The notes beneath the pieces are model-generated. The model saw only the letters and a program-made list of their open reading frames with translations, made no database searches and was not told the origin of the DNA. Positions 45,101 through 55,689 of a DNA stretch of 64,000 bases are shown here, piece by piece. Position numbers and translations under genes: made by a program. Each line of letters begins with the position of its first letter. The stretch's first letter is position 1. This DNA comes from Amoebidium appalachense (lineage: Eukaryota; Protista; Ichthyosporea): assembly GCA_963693365.1 (NCBI GenBank), contig CAVNZM010000004.1, positions 5,644,564 through 5,708,563 of the forward strand. The letters are read 5' to 3'.

Positions 45101-46902
45101 CCATGAAAACTATCAAGTAATTCATCAATACGGGGAAGGGGAAAGAGATCCTTTTTAGTGACAGAGTTAAGGCCGCGTAGGTCTGTGCACATCCTGTAGG
45201 ACCCGTCTGGTTTTTTAATTAAAAGTACCGGTGACCGCCACTGACTTTTACTAGGCTCTAAAATCTGCATTTCTCGAAATTCACTAATCATTTGCCTACC
45301 TGACTCTAATTTCGATTGCTCCATTCGATACTGAGGCATCACCACAGGACTGGCATCACCTGTATCAATTGCCACTGTATATCCCTTCACAAAACCGTGA
45401 TCTTTTGGATGCCTAAGAAATACATTTTTGACTCGATTTAACATGGGAAGAATTAAGGCACGTTGCTGATCCGTCCAACCTGGATCTACCATACCCCAGG
45501 GGAGACTCACTTCACCGGAATCACCCTCCTTGTTACAGTTACTACTTGCACCTTCACCTGCACACACTCCGTCTGCTTTACCAATATCATCACTAGAAGG
45601 GCCCTTTTCTGTGGATGAGGGATTGACACCTACTGCATCGGACTGATGACCAGACACCGTGGTAACCGCAGACACTGAAACACCATCAACCGTAGGCGAG
45701 CGACTTCCTGTTGGTGTTGATGTCTCGGGCTGGCCACATGCTTCCAGATTACTAAGTTTATCTGAAGGTAGCTCGGGGGTGGGGATAACTATTTCTGCAA
45801 CAACTGTATCGAAAGGCAGCTGCCCTTCGATATATCCCAATCGCGTGCCAGCAGGTATTACTAATTCTGAATCAAAATTTCGATTTTCTACTTCGATCAT
45901 GATTGTTTTATCAGCCGCCACTTTACTATATGAAGGACTCACAAATGGAAGTAACCTAGCTGCCGGAACAAAGACACCTATATCTGCCACGACAGCAAAT
46001 TTGTCTAAGTTCACCCGGACGAATGCACGACTGTGGGGAGGTACACAAATTTCGCTGACAGTGTGTGCAGTACTTTGATACCCCTCCGTACCCGTGTGCA
46101 AACGTACACTACCACCCTTCTTCAAATGCAACTTATTAGATTCTTCATCTAACAATTTAACATGTGCCTTTGAAAATGGACGGCCTAAAATCATACTCTG
46201 ACCCATGTTTGCACAAACAGCAAACGTGACAAATAATGTGTGGGAACCAATGGTACATGGGAGAGTGACCCGGCCCACCACATTCAACGATGCATCAGGA
46301 TTGGCAGTCTTCACACCACTCACTAAGTTATTTGAAAACATTGTAACACGTGCACCCATCTTCATTAAATTACAAATAACTTTTTCATGCACACAATTAA
46401 TGTTTGCACCACCATCTAAAAGAGCATCATGAATTTGAACATCACCCAATACCACAGGAACATATAACCGTGCTTCTGGCTGAATTAAAGATGCAAACAC
46501 TTCCTGTAACACAGAAATTTCCACTTCACTACTTTCCACACTAGTCTCTATCACCGACACAGAAATATTGGAAGGGGGGGAGGGGGGTGGGGGGGTGGGA
46601 GGGGGTGGGGGAAGGGGAAAAGGGGGGGGGACGGGAGGAAGGGGGGTGGGGGGTGTGGGGAAAGGGGGGGAAAGGGGGGAACGGGGGAAAGACTTAGCTT
46701 CATGCTGATTCTCAACGAGAGAGGGGGTAAATTGCACCACAGCAGTTTTAACTGACTGATTTACGGCACCAGGCCGTGAGTGATTTATTGTCTTATTTAC
46801 TTCAACAGTATCTGTATAACAAGACACGTTGATTTTAGACATTTCACTATCACTGCACATAGCCTCAACTGCAATATACTCTACCCCACTCTCAGCGCCC
46901 CG
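42115..46902 (-). CDS. pol: Pol: protease, dUTPase-like spacer, RT, RNase H, integrase, chromodomain
   Basis: ALLDGGANINCV (PR); RMCTDLRGLN, MPQGL, YMDD (RT); VDAS..ERE..SDH..CDALSR (RH); HDAPWAGH..CHAC with D-D-E core and GPY (IN); VEKILDKK..YYRVKFAGYDTAFNQWRPESLLWCPELIQAY (chromodomain). Open frame extends back to the gag stop. Confidence 0.96.
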   Translation of the reverse strand, partial: RGAESGVEYIAVEAMCSDSEMSKINVSCYTDTVEVNKTINHSRPGAVNQSVKTAVVQFTPSLVENQHEAKSFPRSPLSPPFPTPPTPLPPVPPPFPLPPPPPTPPPPSPPSNISVSVIETSVESSEVEISVLQEVFASLIQPEARLYVPVVLGDVQIHDALLDGGANINCVHEKVICNLMKMGARVTMFSNNLVSGVKTANPDASLNVVGRVTLPCTIGSHTLFVTFAVCANMGQSMILGRPFSKAHVKLLDEESNKLHLKKGGSVRLHTGTEGYQSTAHTVSEICVPPHSRAFVRVNLDKFAVVADIGVFVPAARLLPFVSPSYSKVAADKTIMIEVENRNFDSELVIPAGTRLGYIEGQLPFDTVVAEIVIPTPELPSDKLSNLEACGQPETSTPTGSRSPTVDGVSVSAVTTVSGHQSDAVGVNPSSTEKGPSSDDIGKADGVCAGEGASSNCNKEGDSGEVSLPWGMVDPGWTDQQRALILPMLNRVKNVFLRHPKDHGFVKGYTVAIDTGDASPVVMPQYRMEQSKLESGRQMISEFREMQILEPSKSQWRSPVLLIKKPDGSYRMCTDLRGLNSVTKKDLFPLPRIDELLDSFHGYKWFCVLDLKNAFFQCRLREEDKEKTAFAFDGELWQFTVMPQGLVHAPANLCRIMRDILRPCLSYTACYMDDACVKGRTFEELVSNCEKVFSVLEAAGMKVSGKKTIVGVQDVKFLGHRITKDGVIPDPSKIKAITEWPHPKTVTQLRQFLGLTNYLRRFIRRYAEIAHPLTKQTGGDRKAPVLWDSEALEAFERLKEVLVSDNVLVHPDFSPTQGIFRVRVDASLVSEGGILYQEQDKVDRVVAYGSRVFSPTERRYSNPERESHAIYHFITKEWRHILVGRTFEVYSDHKPTLAMKGLTKLTNERMQRWAAELASFDYKAFYAKGESMKDCDALSRNAYIEYDKFTQTHPFDGVNVEVDSINVSNQHVWAAEVDISSLKDSMVKVGAPVHGGTPNSFTSPSQFSTPVFQEQVVSSQRSDRFLHDVICQVEQRPGDMVFSVDKPTKGQRRTWENRTKRCALQCVLQDGVLYHLSGPQGQRLWVPPRLVDMVLEHMHDAPWAGHLGVSRTYQRVQVNYYWPGMSKDVERKVLGCHACAFHNQSTHMRSRVPQYHGTFIKAFERVAMDVMGPFPETVQGNHYIVTLTDLATRWTETVPIRSSDAVTLARVFLHHVCLRFGPPRSVLSDRGSSFLSEIMSEVCKLLGVSLLHTSAYHPQANGVAERAHAVFQSCLAKYVDMEHADWDSVLPFVVHAYRTTPNAITGFSPYFLVHGQECTEFLDVSMLPAFSGPLRMEEWTKYREEVLARVLHAREVARQRTEQAHESLTNSTNTNISLRTFKVGSKVLVRNFTRAKGGPVKKWRPRFLGPYIVLARIGSTEYKLRHTVNEHDIRQYNVDDIKAYHEFAFRALSTFSQCPNTQHNGIPELGGMDTTVEKILDKKVVTVNGHATTYYRVKFAGYDTAFNQWRPESLLWCPELIQAYERRVVRQPSHPKVVVPRNPKTPRVDKQVDVTQSVSVNSTPNATDARTARLLRRRQLRDVLFPRREKKLESMC

Positions 46903-48300
46903 TCAACGCCGACGCTCGGCCAAAATTTTAGCCGACGCCTGCTGAGCATGATCTTTCCACCTAATACCTTCGGGGGCTGAGGGAAAGGTCTTAGGCAATT
47001 TTCGGTTGGGACAATCCCGTTTCTGATGCCCTATCCCAGTACAATGGAAACAAACTCGTTCTGAAATAGGCACGACTGGTCTCTCACTACCCTGTTGGCT
47101 ACCGTGCTTGCCGTTTTTCTGATAGGGAGCCGGGCGACGGGGTTGACGGTCATTTTTGGCCTTACCACCGGCAGCCTGGAAGGCAGCCACCTGAGCCGAT
47201 AAGCTAGCTATCTGAGCCTGCAGGGCAGCAATCTCCGGAGCACCAATACCACTACCGTTGTTACCTGGGGTGGAAACACTATTGACCTGCGCTTTCTTGG
47301 CCGCCTGCCGACTAGCGAAACGACCCTCGAGCTTGTTAATAATTTTCGACTGAGCCTCATCAAGCTTGCCATTTGCCTGAGCTATTTCCCACAACTGCGC
47401 ATCGGCCTCAAACGTATTCCTGTATAAACTACGTTGCATTTGACCGCTGACGTCGGTGTTCAAACCAGCTAACTCCAGCAGACGGCGAAACGTGTTGGTG
47501 TGTGCCGTCACTTGGCCACCAATACTGGCAGCCGTGGCATCCGACGTGGGAGTGAAACGGAGGGCCCGGATCTGTGTCTCATATGATTCACGCCGAATGT
47601 TGGTCAGCCAGTAGTTCTCGATGAAACACAGCAGCCACTCAGACGCCGTCAATTCGACTTCGACCTGCAAAATCTCACCCTTGCCCTTGTGCATAGGGCG
47701 AGTCGTCTTCAGTGGTGTCCGAGAGGCCAGGTGAAGAAGAGAATCCTCCGAGCGCACCTCGCCGTCAATGCCGAGGGCACGAACCGGCACCGTCTTGTTG
47801 TCGTTTTCAGGATCCATGTAGTCGTCAAGGAGGGTAGCCATCTCCAACACACGAGGATCACCACTTGCCCGGTTCACACTCTGCAGAATCATAACTTGCC
47901 ACTGGGCCAGGGGAGTGTCGGGGGACAGCTTGGCGATGCGATCGATGAGACGGTACCATTCAAACACGTTATCAGCCTTGGAGAGCTGAGGAATCTTAAG
48001 CTTCTCCATCATAGCCGCAGCCGCAGCACACACTTCAGGAACCTGAAAAGCCTTGGCCGCAGGGGCGTCGTAGAACACTTCATCCATCACAATGGGGTCT
48101 TGCCACTCCATCAAACTGGGGGGCAGAGCGTCGAGAAACTCCGGGTCTATTTCATCCTGCGGGTCCATAACTTGGCCGCGCCACTGGGTGAACTTGCCGA
48201 CGGTGACATCCTTGAGCTTGCCGAGGGGGCCAAAAACAAGAGCTTGGGCGAAGGTTGCACTCAGCCCCGCGACCGGCGAAAAGGGGGGTTCCGGCTCCAT
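46903..48300 (-). CDS. gag: Gag with CCHC zinc knuckle
   Basis: First ATG at 48300; CFHCTGIGHQKRDC; TGA at 46905-46903. Confidence 0.92.
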   Translation of the reverse strand: MEPEPPFSPVAGLSATFAQALVFGPLGKLKDVTVGKFTQWRGQVMDPQDEIDPEFLDALPPSLMEWQDPIVMDEVFYDAPAAKAFQVPEVCAAAAAMMEKLKIPQLSKADNVFEWYRLIDRIAKLSPDTPLAQWQVMILQSVNRASGDPRVLEMATLLDDYMDPENDNKTVPVRALGIDGEVRSEDSLLHLASRTPLKTTRPMHKGKGEILQVEVELTASEWLLCFIENYWLTNIRRESYETQIRALRFTPTSDATAASIGGQVTAHTNTFRRLLELAGLNTDVSGQMQRSLYRNTFEADAQLWEIAQANGKLDEAQSKIINKLEGRFASRQAAKKAQVNSVSTPGNNGSGIGAPEIAALQAQIASLSAQVAAFQAAGGKAKNDRQPRRPAPYQKNGKHGSQQGSERPVVPISERVCFHCTGIGHQKRDCPNRKLPKTFPSAPEGIRWKDHAQQASAKILAERRR

Positions 48301-48364
48301 GTTGGGGGCGAAAGCAACAGCCGAGACGGAAGTTTTGCAATATAGCAATTGGATTGGTGTAGCT

Positions 48365-49141
48365 TGTAAAGTATCCTCACGGACACTTCAGTGTAAAATG
48401 TATGTGTATGAGTGTAAACGGGGTTCACTCTGAACTGGATTTCAGAGGATCGATGCGTGCGTTTATATACGGATGGTCGACCCGGACAAGATTACTTGAC
48501 CAATTACACAACTCCCTAGCCGACCAATCATATTACAGATTAGTACAGGGCTAGTAATTACTGTGTGTGACTACTTGGTCTCTTGCCGGTTCTAACACTC
48601 ATATATAATCTTTACTGCTGCATGACTTATGACTTACACAGCCCCGAAATATACTCCAAATAAACAGGTACCAGTACTTTTCCTGTTTGTGACTTTGGTT
48701 ACCAGTTACCTTTCGGAGTGCTGTCTCTCTCACATGTGTAACTGCAGGTTTACAACGACCACTCATTGCAGCTGGACTTTACCGGGATGCCCTCAACATG
48801 ACTGGTCGAATATGAGACTCCCCAATCACTCACAACCTGCTTGTTAGTTATTCGTTCTCTATGGCCGCAGCATTTACGTGTTCCAATCAACACAGAAGAG
48901 GCCATAAGTGTCCACTCACGCGAGTCTCACTGTAGTTCGTTTCCAAGTAACCGAACATATGTAATTGTATTTGATCATCCGATTGGAAAAGCAGATATAA
49001 CATTTATGATTGGCTCATTCATCAGCAAACGCCGACATCTGACTGGATGAGCCGGCACCGACGAATTGTAAATAAAGCAAATAGATCTGAATAGATCTGA
49101 ATCGATCGATTGACACGAATGCTCGCCGCGGAGACATAACA
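48365..49141 (-). repeat. Chromovirus 5' LTR
   Basis: Direct repeat of 41290-42066. Confidence 0.96.
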
Positions 49142-49190
49142 CAGGGCATGCTGCGTGGCCTCCACAGGCCGCGGCACTATCGCACAGAGG

Positions 49191-52100
49191 CCTGCTGTAA
49201 AAGTTGGTGTGCGCCGTCTGCTGGCTGTGCAGACTGCTGATCAGTCCAACGGGGACTGGGCTGTTGCAGAGCAGTTTGGGGAGCTCCCTGCGCGCAGCCT
49301 GCCCCTGCCCCCTGCCTTGGCCACCCAGGCTGTTCGTCAAGCCAAGATTCTCCCCGTAGTCACCCGGGCTCGGCGCGGTCCTGGCAGCGGCCATCCGGCG
49401 CCGGCCCATCAACCCCCTCCGCACAGGGCCTAAACGGCCCTTTGGGGGTTCGGCACGCGGTTCTGTATATTATTTTCATGTGGTTTCCTGCCACGTGCCC
49501 TTGATGAGATATGCGTTTTTGGCCAACCGCGACGGCGGCATTCTTAAGCCTGTTCCGCCGACGGCTGCAGAGCTGCGCCGCATCCGACCGGCGCATCACG
49601 TTCCCAGTGGGGATTACGGTCCCCTGCTTCTTCGGCTTCAAGACTGCGGCATGGTGCACTATTTCGAGGCGGAGGAAAAACCACTGGCCATCAATGGGCT
49701 GTTTGGGGTCCCCAAAGACTCCAGAGCCCGCGTCATTTTTGACGGCCGCCGTGGCAACCTGTTCTTTGCCCGTGATCATCCTGCCCTCAAGGTGCACCTG
49801 CCCAACCCTGCCGATTTTGCCGATCTGTTTCCGGGACCTGAGGATTGCCTTTATTTTGGCAAGTTGGACATGGACAACCAGTTCCATCGACTTCTTGCCC
49901 CCGAGTGGCTGCGGCAGCACTTCGGATTGCCGCCTGTGTCTCCGAAGGCTGTTGGCCTTTCTGGGCCCGACCGGCTTGTTTGTGTACCCAGCCCTCAAGA
50001 CCGTGCCCATGGGCTGGGTGCATTCTGTGCTTGTGGCTCAAGGCAACCATGGGCAGTTGGCTGACCGAGCCGGCATGCCCCGCATTGAGCGCCTCTGTGC
50101 GATAGTGCCGCGGCCTGTGGACGCCACGCAGCATGCCCTGTATGTGGACGACTGTGGGTGGGTCGGCACAGATGCCACCGACATCAATAGTCAGCATGAA
50201 TCGTATCATGGCGTCACCGGCCCGGCTGGTCTTCCTTCCAACGTCAAGAAGGATGTGGCTGCTGGTTCGTCATCCTCTATGGTGCTGCTAGGCCTGGAAA
50301 TCCATCGCTCTGGGATACTTCACCCGTCTGGTGCTTCCTTGTGCCGTCTGGTGGCGGAAACCCAGGCCGTGTTGCGTCGTGGTGTCGTCACGCAGCTCCG
50401 TTTGCAGCAGTTGCTTGGTGGTTGGGTGTGGGCGGCACTGCTGCAGCGGCCGCTTTTGTCGGTTCTGAGTGCCGTCTACAGTTTTGTGGAGCAGCTGGGG
50501 GGTTGGGAACAGCCCCTTCCACCGCCCGTGGTGTGGGAGCTTCAGGCGATGTGTGCCTTGGCCCCTTTGATGCGAAGTGATTTGCGTTCTGGGTTTGCTA
50601 GTACCATGTTCTGCACTTATGGTTCGTTTTTAAACGGGTTTTCTTTGAGGAACGGCCGCAGCCACGACGACGAAGTGACATGTGGAATTCGAACTGCCAG
50701 CTACTTTGCATTCCGATTGGTTAGTCTCTAGGTATGGCTTAGCCAATCAGTTCTCTGTACGTAAATGTAAGTGCAATGATTGGTCCTGTTTAAGTGTAGC
50801 CATATTTGGTCTTTACATTCCCCTGTAGCCAATCGGATGTTGTGAGCCATATCCTGCGTGTATATAAACCGCTAGCCCGCAGATTCGTAGGCCTCTCAGT
50901 CGCTGGCACTGCTCCTGAGCAGAATGTGTCCTTAGTCTAGCAAGTTGGCAGGGCCTCCTGAGGCCCGTAAACGGTTGTTTTCTCTAGTTAAGTATTTTGT
51001 TTTTCCCGCCCACCCTCCCTTGAGTGGCTGTGGTGATGGCCTGCCATCTAAAATGTGTCTCCTTGGAGAGCACATGTGTTTGTGTGTGCAGCCTAGGCAT
51101 CTACACACGACACTGCAAGTAATCTATCCCCTTGCTGGGGCGAGTAAAGAGTGACGGCACAAGAATGCTTCCTTGTTGGGTGGTGCAGTGGTATCCCGGG
51201 TGCTTACAGCAGCGCTTCTCCGCCAAGTGCTGCCTCACTGCAACCGGCGTGGCCACTAACTATAGCCAGCTGTCTGGTCCTGTGCACGAGCCAAGCCCGT
51301 CCGCCCCCCCGGCACCTTTCCTGGCAGCTGTTGGTGGCCGGTGGACCACCAACATCAGTCATCGTTGGCGCCACTCCGACCACATCAACATTCTGGAGGG
51401 AGAAGCCTTGCTCCTGGGGCTTTGTCGATTAGGTCGGTCTACTGCTGCCCGGGGCTCCCGCTACCTTTGGGGCCTTGATTCGACGGCGCTGCTTGGGGCT
51501 GTTGATAATGGTCGTTCAGCATCCCGACGCATTAACCGTGCATGCCGCCAGGTGGCTGCCTACACGCTTGCCCTCAACATTCGTTTGTATTGTGTGTGGC
51601 TGCCGTCAGCCCACAATCCTGCAGATGGTCCCTCGCGGTTTTCTGGCTAACCAGGCCATAAAGCCCCCAACCCTCAAGGCCTACGGGGATGCTGTTGTGC
51701 TGTAAAATTCGTAGTAGTAGCATGTTGTAGGCCTTGGTGTGTTTGATGTGTGTGCAAAGTTTCAGGCTGCTAGCATTTTTATTTAGGGAGCTGTAGCTGT
51801 TTTTATGTTCTGTGGGATTGCCATATGGATATATTGATGAGTTTGAGTAATATCTAGTCCGAAATGGGCGGCAATTGATTTGGTCTTTGTGATCTAGGGG
51901 TTTTAGCCACTTGTGAAAATTTTCATTGGTTGATGTGCAGCAAAAATTCCATTTTGGTAGATTTCATGGATTTGATAGGTTTTAAGTCATTTCTTCATAT
52001 TTCCATAGGCAAAAATGTGGGCCGCGCTATATAATGAGCTTGCGCGGCCCCAGGGAGGTCAGTTGCGGCGCTACTGAGCGCGTTTAGGTCTCTTTAGGCC

Positions 52101-52310
52101 CAATTTTTTAGCTAAGTTTTTGCCCACCCACCACACCCTTTGCCTATTTAGGCACTAGGCTACGTTTTTTGAGCATGTTTCTGTATGACATTTGTCATTC
52201 TTTTAATTGCTCCTGTGGAGCACACCTGTGCCTGCTTGTGAGATTGATCCACAGGCACCGGCTCATGTATCCCCTTGCTGGGGCTGGTGAAGACGACGTT
52301 GGCATAAGAA
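49191..52310 (+). mobile_element. YR retrotransposon copy 2 (deleted, frameshifted)
   Basis: gag tail (VGVRRLLAVQTADQSNGDW), RT (GLFGVPKDSRARVIFDGRRGN, DMDNQFHRL, VPMGWVHS, YVDD), RH to 51650, YR deleted at ~51697, then A2-spacer-B2 ending CATAAGAA at 52310. Confidence 0.9.
50618..51165 (+). mobile_element. Solo A-B unit of a second, diverged YR-retrotransposon family
   Basis: Interrupts the FCTDAS codons; carries CCAAT boxes and TATATAAA (~50861); ends TATCCCCTTGCTGGGGCGAGTAAAGAGTGACGGCACAAGAA, homologous to the B repeat. Confidence 0.75.
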
Positions 52311-52639
52311 TTATAATATATTATTCTTATGCCAACGGGCATAAGAATTATAATATATTATTCTTATGCCAACGTCGTCTTTACCAGCCCCAGCAAGGGG
52401 ATACATGAATAAATAGAGACATTTAGAGACATTTTCATAAAACCCAATAAAGCATTCTATACATTCCACATGCCGATCCGTGCATGACCTCGTCCTCATG
52501 GAGAGGTAAGACAAACGCTGCAAATGCTACACCATTGTGATAGTAAAGTAAATTCATACAGGCGCTACGAATTTTTTACACACAAAGTATATATGTTTTG
52601 ATTGGATCATAGCCATGAGGCAATCCCGCCCGCAATAGT

Positions 52640-52955
52640 TTTTGCATGCTGATGCTTTGGTTTAGAGCTCTTTGGCTGCTGTGTGCGTCTCAGTCGCTGT
52701 GCTCATTAGCATAGTGTAGGTAGGCCTCCTTAGGCTGCCTGTTCGATGTATGTAGGCAGGCCTTTTTTAGGCTACTGCCTGTAGTCAAGTTTTTGCCCAT
52801 CCACCCAACCTTGCCTCATTAGGCTTCGAACCCTTGTCTTAGTAGGCTTTGAATTGCTCCTCTGGAGCACACACGTGCCTGGGATCATAGGGTCAACAGG
52901 CACCACCGTAAGTATCCCCGTGCTGGGGCTGGTAAAGGCTACGTTGGCATAAGAA
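52640..52955 (+). mobile_element. 3' end (spacer + B) of a third YR subfamily
   Basis: GGAGCACAC..GTGCCTG..CAGGCAC..TATCCCCGTGCTGGGGCTGGTAAAGGCTACGTTGGCATAAGAA; left boundary approximate. Confidence 0.7.
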
Positions 52956-53554
52956 TTGAGATGCTCATCAAAAGAGAAGCAGTCGAGATATCACAGATAT
53001 CTCAGAGAAGAAAATACAAAAAAAGCCTTACTCTCGAATACAGAGGAGATAACGACTAAGATAATCATATACCCGAGAAAACTCATTGAACATACGGTGA
53101 TTTAACAGATAGTCAATACAAGTAATGTCAGGATTAAGTAATCTAATCATCTAAGTTCGAACGGAATAATCTGAGATAAATAATTCATCTATCTAGATGT
53201 TTGCAAGAAATAGGTTCAGCACACAAGTGGCACAAACATTTATGGAAACAAAGGTTACAAAGCCAAAACAAATACTTCCAATCAATATCACAAGAAGGGG
53301 TAAGAATGGCAAGATCAGTAAGTGTAGTAGGTTTACGAGATGAAGGAGAAATATGAGTAGCTAATATGCATAACGATTGCAAAGAAAATAAACGATTCTC
53401 TAAATTAAAAAGAAGCACATGCTCAAGAGCCCTACCGTAAGGATAAGGATATTGAGTATAAAAACAAGTAACATAGACTGCTGATAAATCGTGGAAGAGA
53501 AAAATAAAGGAGAGATATATTTAAAAGTATATCAAGGAATGGAGGGTAGATTTG

Positions 53555-54372
53555 CCAGTTCCTCCAAGGCCATGGGCGTTTTGGGTTTGGAGATGCTCCA
53601 TTCTGGTTTGGTGCGCCCAGCCCCGGCTTCTTTAGCCCGCCTTCTGGTGGAGACTCTCACTGGTATTGTGCTCTGTCGTGGGACCGTCAGCAAGTTTCAG
53701 CTACAGCAGTTACTTGGCGGGGGGGTGTGGGTTTTGTTGTTGCCGCGGTCCGCCCTCTTCGTTCTTAATACCGCCTACCAGCTGAATGACCATCTTGGTC
53801 CCAGGGCGCTCCCCCATCCGCCTGCGGTCGCTTGGGAGGTCGAAACTCCATGTGCCCTCGTCCCTCTCCTGCGCTGCGACGTGCACTCAGCCTTTGCACC
53901 CACCATGTCCTGCTCGGACGCCTCCAAGGTGGGTGGTGCCGTGGTTTCCCGTGTGTTGCCCCCTGGTCTACCCTTCTGCAACCGTCGTGGCCACTACACC
54001 ACCGTGGCTTCCGCACACTAGACCCCCAGCCCTGTGTCCCTGCCCCCCCTGACTCTGTTTTGGCTGCCCTTACTGCTGGGCCGTTGGAGTACTAGCATCA
54101 GCCACCCTTGGCGCTACGACGACCACATCAACATTAAGGAAGGAGAGAGTCTGCTGCATGGCTTGCATCGCTTGGGCCGTTCCTGCTCAGCCCGCAGCCG
54201 CCGCTACGTGTGGGGTCTGGACTCTACTGCACTCCTGGGTGCTGTAGCCAAGGCCGCTTGGCCTCCCACCGCCTGAATCGTATCTGCCGCCAAGTGGCTG
54301 CTTATTCGCTGGCCCTTCATACCCGTTTCTATTGGCTCTGGCTTCTTTCGGCCAGCAACCCTGCTGATGGTT
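53555..54372 (+). pseudogene. Diverged RT/RNase H remnant of a YR retrotransposon
   Basis: LGLEMLHSG..LQQLLGGGVW..SDASKVGGAVV..HINIKEGE..GLDSTALLGAVAK..NPADG, with frameshifts. Confidence 0.85.
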
Positions 54373-54454
54373 GACCCGCATATTTTAATTTGTATTTTGA
54401 TACAGTAGTTTCATGGGTTATTTTAGTTTTGCAAGCGTTAATGTGCGCATCCAC

Positions 54455-54486
54455 CGCACACACACACACACCCACCCACCCACCCA

Positions 54487-54533
<47 letters not shown>

Positions 54534-54563
54534 ACACACACACAAAAACACACCTACACCCAC

Positions 54564-54606
<43 letters not shown>

Positions 54607-54717
54607 CACCTACACACCCACACACCCACACACCATACACCAACACACCTACACACACACACACACACACACACACATTACACACCAACCGGTGGTTACA
54701 CACACGCACACACACAC
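54455..54717. repeat. (CA)n-type microsatellite
   Basis: Directly visible. Confidence 0.95.
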
Positions 54718-54909
54718 GTTTGCGTGTCTAACAGCTTCGGATTTTAGGTATGTTTAATTTTTTGTTTTTGTTTTCCAAGAGTCTTGTTCCCTGTACCCAT
54801 GTGCTATGTCGTGTCGCCCGTTTTCCCCCCGGCATGGTCTTTTCCCGCCCATTCCAGCAAAGCAAGGGTCGTGGTGTGGCTTACAGCTTTGTGCACATAA
54901 TAATTAGTA

Positions 54910-55426
54910 TATTTAGTTTGTAAACGTGTTTTCTTTGCAGGAGATATAGATAGCCCTGTTGTATTGAAATTTTGTGTTGCGAGTGTGCTGTAAAATTCAT
55001 AGTAGTTGTATGTAGTAGGCGTTGGTGTGTTTGAAGTGTTTGCAAAGTTTCACGCTGTTAGCATTTTTATTTAGGGAGCTGTAGCTGTTTTTATGTTCTG
55101 TGGGATATGCCATATGGATATATTGATGAGTGTGAGTTATATCTAGTCCGAAATGGGCGGCAATTGATTTGGTCTTTGTGATCTAGGGATTTAAGCCACT
55201 TGTAAAATTTTTACATTGGTTGATGTGCAGCAAAAATTCCGTTTTGGTAGATTTCATGGATTTGATAGGTTCTAAGTCATTTCTTCATATTTCCATAGGC
55301 CAAAATGTGGGCCGTGCTATATAATGAGCTTGCGCGGCCCCAGGGAGATCAGTTGCGGCGCTACTGAGCGCGTTTAGGTCTCTTTAGGCCCTATTTTTTT
55401 GCGATAAAGACACGTTGGCATAAGAA
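54910..55426 (+). mobile_element. YR element A repeat with deleted spacer/B, ending CATAAGAA
   Basis: Starts TATTTAGTTTGTAAACG, homologous to 59715-60226. Confidence 0.85.
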
Positions 55427-55689
55427 TTCAGGTTCTTGTGAATAATACAAAGCAAATAGCCCTCGCTAGCCATTCTAGTATGGTTGACGACTGGGGTCAT
55501 CCGTCCACAGTCGAGCCAGTGCTCAGTGATGCTAAGAGAGGCCTAGGCCCGGTCCGCAGTGTCTGACCGTCTGGCACATATACATATGCCGTGCACTCTA
55601 CCAAGAACAATATCACTATTATGCATACATTTTTATGTACATATGACTATTATACGTATTCCTACATTTCTATGTTTCTTTTTTCCAAG

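Larger units (their letters stand above)
41290..49141 (-). mobile_element. Intact Ty3/Gypsy chromovirus, 7852 bp
   Basis: 777-bp TG..CA LTRs at 41290-42066 and 48365-49141 (one mismatch seen), TSD CAGGG (41285-89 / 49142-46), PPT GAGGGGGGAT, gag and pol ORFs. Confidence 0.97.
35188..49190 (-). mobile_element. YR retrotransposon copy 1 (Ngaro/PAT-like architecture, 5'-truncated), interrupted by two LTR elements
   Basis: B2 35188-35283, A2 ~35375-35877, B1 35878-35973, YR 35980-36791, RT/RH at 36766-37653, 41208-41289 and 49142-49190. Confidence 0.92.

Noticed and set aside
52956-53555. A-rich segment possibly from a decayed non-LTR element
   Set aside because: No diagnostic motif could be read with confidence
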